A DNA stretch of 43,052 bases from an uncultured Pseudomonadota bacterium (GTDB lineage: Bacteria > SAR324 > NAC60-12): NCBI GenBank assembly GCA_913020725.1, contig CAJWCD010000009.1:1-43052 (forward strand). Direction: 5' to 3'. Under the pieces are notes generated by a model. That model was given only the letters and a program-made list of their open reading frames with translations, did not search any database and was not told the origin of the DNA. Made by a program: the position numbers and the translations under genes. Below are positions 36,387 to 43,052 of the stretch, piece after piece. Position 1 is the stretch's first letter. Each line of letters begins with the position of its first letter.

Positions 36387-37913
36387 ATGCAGCAAGTCCC
36401 AGACGTCTCCTTTCTCAGCGATGAAGTAAAACTCTGGTTCGCCAAAGCCATTGCTGGCATGGTGGTGGCCGATGGCCGAGTGGACAACACAGAGGTGGAG
36501 TTTGTCAAAGCCGCAATCGGTTTCCTCACCCGTCGGGAGGACGTTGCCACGATCATGTCGATCATCAAGCAAAAACAGATTCCCCCCCTCGGAGTTTCCA
36601 AGATCGAGTCCAAGGTAGCCTTCACGATGCTGAAGTTTCTCGCGGAAATCATGGTGGTTGACCACAAGCTCACGGAATCCGAGGTGTTGTTTTTCAGCCA
36701 AGTCGGCAAGTTACTGGGCTTCACCACCACGATTCTGGAACGGCTTTGGAAAACCGCACGGCAGGAACTGGAAAAGAACCTACCCCGTGGAGTGGTCGAT
36801 ATCGAAGGCGGAGGACGCTATAAGATCACTCTGCTGAATATGATGGGCAGGCACTTCTCTTTCCGCTTGCACAAAGCCGTCATTCCCAATGGCCGGATCA
36901 TTCTCCACGTTGGCAAGTCTGACGGTTCGCTCTGGGATCCGGTGCGGTGCCGCATAGCCCGGCAGCACGTTGAGAAGATTGAGGCCGAAACCTACCTCAT
37001 CTCTGCGACTTATGAGCAACCCATCGCAGAAATCCACGGCATTCCCCAAATCCTTGAGCCGGAAAAATACGCACCCAAGGAAGGCGCTACGCTGCACCCT
37101 CGCCTGAACTCCCTGCACGGGCGCTATGTGAAGTGCTTTGTGTGCGGCACCGAGAAAATCCCCTTCTACCGACTGCGCATCCGCAGCATGGTCGCCAAGC
37201 CCAACATCTTCGGAGTGATCACCTACCTCAAATCCGCAGGGAATCTTGATTTCTGCAACTTCAACCTGCTGGATGTCAAAGTCTGTCCCGGCTGTGGCTT
37301 CGCGTCCAAGGATTACGGGCATTTTCATGTCAACTTCGACGACCAACCTCCGTTCGACATTGAGCGTTTCAAGTCCGGCTGGGACCAGAAGATTCAGCCG
37401 CTGTTACAAGAACTCCAACCCGAAAAGGAGTCCTGCCTGTCGGAAAACCGTCCTATCGGCATGGCGATCCTCGCCAACGACATGGGCGTTGCCACCTTGA
37501 CCAAGCTGGTGGAAAGTGCCACGGACCCAGAAAAGAAGTATGCCCTGCTGCGTGAGACCACCTCCATCCACATGGTGCAGGCAGAGTCCTATATGGAAGA
37601 AAACCAGCAGGACAAGGCTGAGTCCGAACTGCGTGCTGCCCAGAAAATCGCCAACGCAATCTTCGAACACCTCGACGGGGTTCCCAGTTTGCATGTGGCC
37701 CTGTTGTTGTTCCAGATTGCGATCTACTTCAAGGAACTCAAGGATGCCGGGCAGATCATGCGCTTCACGGACAACTACAACAAGGACGGGAGGCTGGCGC
37801 AGGGTAGCGATGAGTACAAGGCGTATGTGGTCACGAAAAACACGGTCAAGAACACCTACGACGACCGCGAGTTGATTGACCGGGAGAAAATGACCAGTTT
37901 CTTCCTCGAATAA
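36387..37913 (+). CDS. Multidomain protein: TerB-like + degenerate PilZ-like + DUF2225-like zinc ribbon/TPR-like helices
   Basis: GMVVADGRVDNTE and IMVVDHKLTESE (TerB-like); beta-rich middle segment; VKCFVCG ... VKVCPGCGFAS zinc ribbon followed by helical repeats. Confidence 0.7.
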   Translation: MQQVPDVSFLSDEVKLWFAKAIAGMVVADGRVDNTEVEFVKAAIGFLTRREDVATIMSIIKQKQIPPLGVSKIESKVAFTMLKFLAEIMVVDHKLTESEVLFFSQVGKLLGFTTTILERLWKTARQELEKNLPRGVVDIEGGGRYKITLLNMMGRHFSFRLHKAVIPNGRIILHVGKSDGSLWDPVRCRIARQHVEKIEAETYLISATYEQPIAEIHGIPQILEPEKYAPKEGATLHPRLNSLHGRYVKCFVCGTEKIPFYRLRIRSMVAKPNIFGVITYLKSAGNLDFCNFNLLDVKVCPGCGFASKDYGHFHVNFDDQPPFDIERFKSGWDQKIQPLLQELQPEKESCLSENRPIGMAILANDMGVATLTKLVESATDPEKKYALLRETTSIHMVQAESYMEENQQDKAESELRAAQKIANAIFEHLDGVPSLHVALLLFQIAIYFKELKDAGQIMRFTDNYNKDGRLAQGSDEYKAYVVTKNTVKNTYDDRELIDREKMTSFFLE

Positions 37914-37922
37914 ACAGACACG

Positions 37923-39485
37923 ATGGCAGCACCTCCGGAACCTACTCCAGCCGAGCGACCCAAGAACGGCAAAATCCTTGTGATGATGCCGGACACGCTC
38001 TACCAGCGCTTCCAACTCTCCCTGAAAAATCGACTGGTCCGGCACAAGGGCCAAGCGGAGTTTTCGACGCTCACGCTTCCAGAGGCACGGCGCAACACCT
38101 TTCAGTGGGTGATCCGCTTTCCGTGGCACCTACCTGAAGGCAAGCTCAAGGCAACCGATGCCGGCAAGCTCCTCTACCGCACTCCCGGAGGTGTCCAGGT
38201 TCCGCCGGATCGCATTTCAGCAACGGACAACAAGCAGCTCACCGCCCTCGTCCAGCATTTTCAGGAACTCTCACAAGCTGTCGAAAAAAACGAACGCAGA
38301 CCGGAATTTCTCAAACTCTCGGCACTGGACAGCACCCACCGCAAAATCCTCAACACCGTCAAGGAGTTCAAGACGCTCCACGTCCGGCTGGAGCGTGACT
38401 TGGGGGAGGTGGAAGTCGCTTACCACCAAGGGCTGCACTACCTCTTCAGCACCGCCATCGAGCGGCTCACTGGAGTCGCCATGCTCGATAACATCATGCG
38501 CGGACTCGTGCGGGTGATGATCGTGGACAGCCTCGACACCCGGACGGTCGAAGGCATGGCCAAAATCGGCTACTCCAAGAAATTCCTCTCCGAGATGTCC
38601 TCCGCCGACCTTGGATCCAAGTACACGGAATTCAAGAACACCCGTGCCGAGGGGGAGAAAGGCACAGGATCGGTGGCAGATTTCATCTTCTCCAGTCCTG
38701 ATTTTGAAACCATTGACATTGTCCTCTTCAACAACTGGAGCTATGTTGAGGACTCGTTCCTACTGCGGCTTGCGATTCGCAAAAGTGCGGTCCTCAGCCG
38801 CAAGGATGAGCGCACCGTCAAAAAGGATCCGGAGCAAATTGCCAAACAGGTGCAGGAGGCCGAGCGGGAACTAGAGAAGGCACGGGTGAAACTTCAGGAG
38901 GCCGAGGTCAAGTTGGCCGCGCTGGAAGCCAGCGAGAAGACGGATGAGGGTCCGTACCAAGCCGCCCGTAAGGCTCGGGTTCGGGTACTCACCAACATCC
39001 AGCGGGTCGAGGACAAGATCAAGGAACTCACCAAGCCGATCAACGCCGCAGACGAGGGGATGCTCCTCAAGTTCGATCTCTTTGAAACCTTCCGGAGCCG
39101 ACAGTCGTTCAAGGACCGACTTGGCGATGCCGCCCACAGTTTCGGCTTGGGAAACATCTGGAAAAAAGCCATGAACCCAGACCAGCGCCGCAGTTTCATT
39201 GGATTGATGGAAACCGCACGACTGGCCAAGGAACGGATCCAAGCCCAAGCGGCCCTACAAAAAGCCGAAGCGCAAGCAAGCCGGATGGAGACACAAATCC
39301 AACCGTTCGCAGAGAAGTACGGACTCACAATGCGGCGTCCGGGCGCCCGGCCTTCGGATCCGGAAACTTATCACCTGCTGCTGGAGGAGCACATCCTCAA
39401 CTGCATTGAGTTGGCTGTTGTGAGCTGCGAAATCGTCAATCAACTCAACAAGGAGCGCAAGGCAGAGATTAAGCTGGTGGACTGA
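37923..39485 (+). CDS. Uncharacterised protein with coiled-coil segments (520 aa)
   Basis: 9 nt after the previous stop; heptad-rich QIAKQVQEAERELEKARVKLQEAEVKLAALE; no family recognised. Confidence 0.8.
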   Translation: MAAPPEPTPAERPKNGKILVMMPDTLYQRFQLSLKNRLVRHKGQAEFSTLTLPEARRNTFQWVIRFPWHLPEGKLKATDAGKLLYRTPGGVQVPPDRISATDNKQLTALVQHFQELSQAVEKNERRPEFLKLSALDSTHRKILNTVKEFKTLHVRLERDLGEVEVAYHQGLHYLFSTAIERLTGVAMLDNIMRGLVRVMIVDSLDTRTVEGMAKIGYSKKFLSEMSSADLGSKYTEFKNTRAEGEKGTGSVADFIFSSPDFETIDIVLFNNWSYVEDSFLLRLAIRKSAVLSRKDERTVKKDPEQIAKQVQEAERELEKARVKLQEAEVKLAALEASEKTDEGPYQAARKARVRVLTNIQRVEDKIKELTKPINAADEGMLLKFDLFETFRSRQSFKDRLGDAAHSFGLGNIWKKAMNPDQRRSFIGLMETARLAKERIQAQAALQKAEAQASRMETQIQPFAEKYGLTMRRPGARPSDPETYHLLLEEHILNCIELAVVSCEIVNQLNKERKAEIKLVD

Positions 39486-39487
39486 AA

Positions 39488-39658
39488 ATGTCTGCCTGTT
39501 CCGAATGCGGGGGGCTTTTTTCGTGGTACCGCACCCGCTGCCCCAACTGCGGGGCGGCACGTCCGTCCGTGTGGCCCTTCCTGCTCAAGGCCGTGGCCTA
39601 TTTCCTGATCGCCTTCCTGCTCACCCATGTTGGGTTTGGGCTGTTCTCTGAACCCTGA
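39488..39658 (+). CDS. Small zinc-ribbon membrane protein (56 aa; not in the ORF track)
   Basis: ATG 2 nt after the previous stop; MSACSECGGLFSWYRTRCPNCGAARPSVWPFLLKAVAYFLIAFLLTHVGFGLFSEP: CxxC-x10-CxxC then one TM helix. Confidence 0.8.
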   Translation: MSACSECGGLFSWYRTRCPNCGAARPSVWPFLLKAVAYFLIAFLLTHVGFGLFSEP

Positions 39659-39705
39659 CCTGACTCTGATGAGCTTTTGCTTTTGAACGGCCTGTTCCTT
39701 TTCTT

Positions 39706-39733
39706 TTGACATTTGCTCCTGAGAGACTATCTT
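39706..39733 (+). promoter_or_regulatory. Candidate sigma-70 promoter for the 5'-nucleotidase gene
   Basis: TTGACA (39706-39711), 16-nt spacer, TATCTT (39728-39733), about 85 nt upstream of ATG 39819. Confidence 0.5.
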
Positions 39734-39818
39734 GTTTTGGTAATTCTTGCTTGGGCTGTCCCACGGACTCCCCCTCCGGCTCAAGCGTTTCACTTGAATT
39801 CTTTCATCCGGAAATCGC

Positions 39819-41315
39819 ATGAGAACCCTGAAAATCTTTGCGGCAGCCCTGAGTGGTCTCCTGCTCGCCTTCAGTGTGGCGGCTGAAACCGCGACCCTCA
39901 CCTTCGTCCTCACCGGGGACATCTACGAGTTGGACTCCAGCAAAGGGCGCGGAGGCATGGCCAAGCTGTCCACCGTGGTCCAGCAGCAACGGGCCAAGGG
40001 CGAACACGTCCTCTTCGTCCATGCGGGCGACACCTTCTCGCCCAGCCTGCTTTCCGGATTCACCAAGGGCAAGCAGATGGTGGAAATCTTCAATGCGATG
40101 GGACTGGACTACATGGTGCTGGGCAACCACGAGTGGGACTTTGGCAACGAGGTGCTGCACGAGCGCATCTGGGAGGCCAACTTCCCGATCATTACCAGCA
40201 ACGTGCTGGACGAGGACGGCCTTGCGATTGACGGCACCTCAAACACTGCGATGGTCACGGTCGGGCCGTTCCGGGTGGGCATCCTGGGGATCGTCACGCC
40301 CAACACCAAGGTGATCTCCAGCCCCGGAGACATGGAGTTCCTACCCAGTGTGGAAACCACCAAGAAGTTCGCCAAGCAGCTTCGTAGCCAAGGGGCCAAT
40401 CTGGTGGTCGCGCTCGCGCACTTGGATTACTTGGAGGACTTGGAGGTCCTCAACGACTCCGGGGTGGACGTGCTACTCTCCGGGCATGACCATTACAAGA
40501 TCACTTGGGACAACAAGCGCAGCGTCTGGATGGAATCCGGAGAGGACGCGGAGAACGTGGCTGTCATGGACATCACGATGGAGTCCTACGAAAAGGGCGG
40601 ACGCCAGCGCTTCCGTTGGGAAGCCGCCATGCGCATGATAGACACCAAGGGCGTTGAAGGCGATCCGGCCATTGCCAAGCTCGTGAAGGGCTACGAGGAC
40701 TTCCTCTCCAAGGAACTCGATGTGGACATCGGTCAAACCCATGTGGAGCTTGACAGTCGCCGGAAGTCCGTGCGCAGCGAGGAAACCGTGATTGGCAATG
40801 TGATCACTGACGCCATACGCGAAAGCACCGGCTCCGACGTGTGCATCACCAGCGGCGGCGGCATCCGGGGCAACAAGCTCTACAACGCCGGGACCATGCT
40901 CACGCGCCGCGACATCCTCACGGAGTTGCCTTTCGGCAACGTCACGGTTAAACTGGAACTCAGCGGCCAGCAAATCCGCGAGGCCCTAGAAAACGGACTC
41001 AGCCAAGTGGAGGAAAGCGCAGGACGCTTCCCGCAAGTTTCCGGGATGGCGTTCACGTGGAACTCCAAGGCGCCAGCGGGACAGCGAGTCGTCAGCGTCA
41101 CGGTGGGCGGAAAGCCGCTCGACAACGGGCGCAAGTACACCCTCGCCACCAACGACTACATGGCAGGTGGTGGTGATGGTTACAAGGTCTTCAAACAGGG
41201 CAAGGTGCTGATCAACACCAGTGGCGGCACGCTGATGGCCAACACGGTGATTGACCACATTGCCGCCAGCGGGGGTATCCGCGCCAAGCTGGAAGGTCGC
41301 ATCGTCAAGCAGTAG
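39819..41315 (+). CDS. Periplasmic 5'-nucleotidase / metallophosphoesterase (UshA-like, two domains)
   Basis: Signal peptide; TGDIYE, AGDTFSPS, LGNHEWDFG, LSGHDH; C-terminal domain GGGIRG, LPFGN, GRFPQVSG, ATNDYMAGGGDGY. Confidence 0.93.
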   Translation: MRTLKIFAAALSGLLLAFSVAAETATLTFVLTGDIYELDSSKGRGGMAKLSTVVQQQRAKGEHVLFVHAGDTFSPSLLSGFTKGKQMVEIFNAMGLDYMVLGNHEWDFGNEVLHERIWEANFPIITSNVLDEDGLAIDGTSNTAMVTVGPFRVGILGIVTPNTKVISSPGDMEFLPSVETTKKFAKQLRSQGANLVVALAHLDYLEDLEVLNDSGVDVLLSGHDHYKITWDNKRSVWMESGEDAENVAVMDITMESYEKGGRQRFRWEAAMRMIDTKGVEGDPAIAKLVKGYEDFLSKELDVDIGQTHVELDSRRKSVRSEETVIGNVITDAIRESTGSDVCITSGGGIRGNKLYNAGTMLTRRDILTELPFGNVTVKLELSGQQIREALENGLSQVEESAGRFPQVSGMAFTWNSKAPAGQRVVSVTVGGKPLDNGRKYTLATNDYMAGGGDGYKVFKQGKVLINTSGGTLMANTVIDHIAASGGIRAKLEGRIVKQ

Positions 41316-41440
41316 GGAGCAGGCGGGGGCCTGATTCTTGCTGATTTATGGGGGATTCCCCAAGAGGCCCAGGGACGGGTCTGCTTGCAAACCGCTTGTT
41401 GGAGCCAGGACGCTTCGGCAAGGCCAGTTCAGGCTGTCCC

Positions 41441-41728
41441 ATGCTCAATCCCAACAAACCGGGGCTGACCCGCCTCGCCGAACTCCATCAGGAGGACGGA
41501 GACGAAGGGCACATCGTCTATCGCGGCCACATCAGCCCAACCTCACAACTCATCCTCGTCCCAAATCCGGACCACGAGAATGAGGGTGAACCCGACTTCG
41601 TTGCCTACGTCACGCAAGGCGCAACGCTCCGTCCCCGTACAGCGGCGGACCGCACCTACGCTAAGAACACCCTCACGCGTATCCGTTCTTTTTTGGAGGA
41701 AAGCCATCCGGAGCACTTGGAGGCGTGA
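41441..41728 (+). CDS. Small hypothetical protein (~95 aa)
   Basis: ATG 41441 in frame with the tracked ORF; LAELH...VYRGHI...LILVPN...EPDFVAYV, loosely reminiscent of DUF736-like proteins. Confidence 0.55.
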   Translation: MLNPNKPGLTRLAELHQEDGDEGHIVYRGHISPTSQLILVPNPDHENEGEPDFVAYVTQGATLRPRTAADRTYAKNTLTRIRSFLEESHPEHLEA

Positions 41729-41769
41729 TTCCTTGGAGGGTTGAGGTTGACCGAGTGTGCTAAGCCGAC

Positions 41770-42834
41770 TCAGTCGGCACGGACGAGGCTCACACCTCGG
41801 CGGAGGAAGCTGATGGTGACTTTGCTTCCGGAGGGCTGCAGTTGATCGACTTGGTGATCGATCATAAACAATTCCCCAACGGGGGAGTCGATCGTGTACT
41901 CGACGTGATTTCCCAAGTAAACCCCCTTCTGAATCGTTCCTGGAATCCCTGCTTGGTCGTTTGAGCTTTCCAGATAAATCGCCTGAGGTCGGATGGCGAC
42001 ATTCACTGCGCCGCTGGCCAAACCGCGATGGGGCAGGCGCATCGTGAAGCCGCCAATGTTCACCTCCGCTTCCTTGCCGTCAAGCTGCACAAGCTCGGCC
42101 TTGGCCAAGTTTGCATCGCCAATGAAATCCGCCACAAAGAGGCTGTCTGGCTCCTCATAGAGTTGTCGAGGTGTCCCCTCCTGTGCGATCACGGCCTCGT
42201 TCATCACGATGATGCGATCCGAAACTGCCAAGGCTTCCTCCTGATCGTGGGTGACGTAAATCGTCGTCAGTTCGAGCTTTTGCTGCAATTCCCGGATTTC
42301 CTCACGAACCCGCCGCCGGAGTTTGGCATCCAGATTCGAGAGCGGTTCGTCAAAGAGCAGCACTTCCGGTTCCAGTACTAGCGCCCGCGCCACAGCAACG
42401 CGCTGCTGCTGGCCTCCGGAAAGTTCGCTGGGCAACCGACCTCCAAACCCTGCCAACCCAACCAGTTCCAAACCCTCTAGTGCTTTTTCGCTCACTTGCG
42501 CCTTCGTTAGCCGGCTCATTGTCAGGCCATACGAGACATTCTGCATCACGGTCATGTGTGGAAAGAGCGCGTAGGACTGGAACACCATGCTCACATCCCG
42601 ATCCGACGCCGAAAGCCGCGTGACCTCCTTGCCGCCGATGAAGATGTTTCCCTCTGTGACCATCTCCAGTCCGGCAATCAGCCGCAGGGTGGTGGTCTTG
42701 CCGCATCCGGACGGCCCCAGCAGGGTCACGAGCTTCCCACGCTCAATGCTGAAGCTGAGGTTGCGAACGGCCTGCACTTCTCCATACGCCTTGGTCACGT
42801 TCCAAAATTCAACAGCGGCTTCTGTGTTTTCCAT
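41770..42834 (-). CDS. ABC transporter ATP-binding subunit (FbpC/AfuC/PotA class, TOBE domain)
   Basis: GPSGCGKTT, VFQSYALFPH, LSGGQQQRVA, LLFDEPLSNLDAKLR, YVTHDQEEA. Confidence 0.95.
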   Translation of the reverse strand: MENTEAAVEFWNVTKAYGEVQAVRNLSFSIERGKLVTLLGPSGCGKTTTLRLIAGLEMVTEGNIFIGGKEVTRLSASDRDVSMVFQSYALFPHMTVMQNVSYGLTMSRLTKAQVSEKALEGLELVGLAGFGGRLPSELSGGQQQRVAVARALVLEPEVLLFDEPLSNLDAKLRRRVREEIRELQQKLELTTIYVTHDQEEALAVSDRIIVMNEAVIAQEGTPRQLYEEPDSLFVADFIGDANLAKAELVQLDGKEAEVNIGGFTMRLPHRGLASGAVNVAIRPQAIYLESSNDQAGIPGTIQKGVYLGNHVEYTIDSPVGELFMIDHQVDQLQPSGSKVTISFLRRGVSLVRAD

Positions 42835-42840
42835 CTCAAT

Positions 42841-43052
42841 TCAAATTGCTAGTGGCTCAGAGTCCCGCCGTCCAAGTTCCCGTTTGCCGACGGCGAACTG
42901 GATCAGCGCAATTGCCCCGAGCATCACGAGAATCAGCACGGACGAGTAGGCGATGGCCAGTCCGTAATCGCCGAACTCAACCCGCCCAAGAATGTATGAA
43001 GTCGCCATATCGTAGTCGGCACTGACGAGGAAGATGACCGCGCTGATGGCCG
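42841..43052 (-). CDS. ABC permease, C-terminal part (FbpB/AfuB class; runs off the right edge)
   Basis: Manual translation ...AISAVIFLVSADYDMATSYILGRVEFGDYGLAIAYSSVLILVMLGAIALIQFAVGKRELGRRDSEPLAI*; stop 6 nt before the ATPase start. Confidence 0.85.
   Translation of the reverse strand, partial: AISAVIFLVSADYDMATSYILGRVEFGDYGLAIAYSSVLILVMLGAIALIQFAVGKRELGRRDSEPLAI

Larger units (their letters stand above)
380..42711. repeat. Highly iterated dispersed palindrome TCCGGA
   Basis: About 105 exact copies counted by hand (e.g. 380, 465, 1651, 13318, 13327, 29626, 29635, 39807, 42706). Confidence 0.85.

Noticed and set aside
39494..39521. Apparent terminator (GC-rich stem then TTTTTT) after the coiled-coil gene
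   Set aside because: The stem needs G-U pairs and a bulge, and the sequence is better explained as the CSECGGLF codons of the zinc-ribbon microprotein.
39666..39700. CTGATGAG resembling a hammerhead ribozyme core
   Set aside because: No stem II followed by GAAA and no compatible flanking helices.
39440..39922. 160-aa minus-strand ORF with an internal AGGAG-ATG at 39712
   Set aside because: Overlaps three plus-strand genes and the candidate promoter; the SD spacing is only 3 nt and no domain is recognisable.
39900..39930. 5'-nucleotidase first metal motif reads D-I-Y rather than D-x-H
   Set aside because: A DxY variant is known in a subgroup of these enzymes and the other motifs are intact, so it is not evidence of inactivation or novelty.
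1..43052. CRISPR array, tRNA, rRNA, prophage or IS element
   Set aside because: No regularly spaced repeats, cloverleaf or rRNA-like segments, and no integrase, transposase or phage structural motifs were seen; TCCGGA copies are irregularly spaced and mostly inside genes.

Overview
A gene-dense bacterial chromosomal window, roughly 55-60% GC by eye. The gene content resembles a deltaproteobacterial or SAR324-like genome, but that is inference only. I found no rRNA, tRNA, CRISPR array, integrase or transposase. The left ~8 kb (minus strand) is a coherent cell-surface cluster: an atypical ECF-like sigma factor, a zf-HC2 anti-sigma factor, an exported M48 metallopeptidase-TPR protein, two paralogous LPP20-like lipoproteins, a PDZ-less HtrA-like protease, an FlgO-like/DUF4384-like protein and one more secreted protein. 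Housekeeping and metabolic genes follow: dadA, a MoxR ATPase, an FprA-like reductase, hemC, hemA, pgsA, lutABC interrupted by a lower-GC RelE/YafQ-type toxin-antitoxin pair, a CoxE-like VWA protein, a family-5 solute-binding protein, a FemAB-like GNAT, a degraded malate synthase A pseudogene, rraA, an enoyl-CoA hydratase, a 5'-nucleotidase and a Fe3+/polyamine-class ABC transporter. Observations not visible in the ORF track: the palindrome TCCGGA occurs about 105 times by manual count against roughly 13 expected; three small membrane-protein ORFs fall below the track cutoff, one with a zinc ribbon; two pairs of paralogous uncharacterised proteins are present; and a TerB-like/PilZ-like/DUF2225-like multidomain protein sits in a tight operon. 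Domain names are from motif recognition, not database searches.
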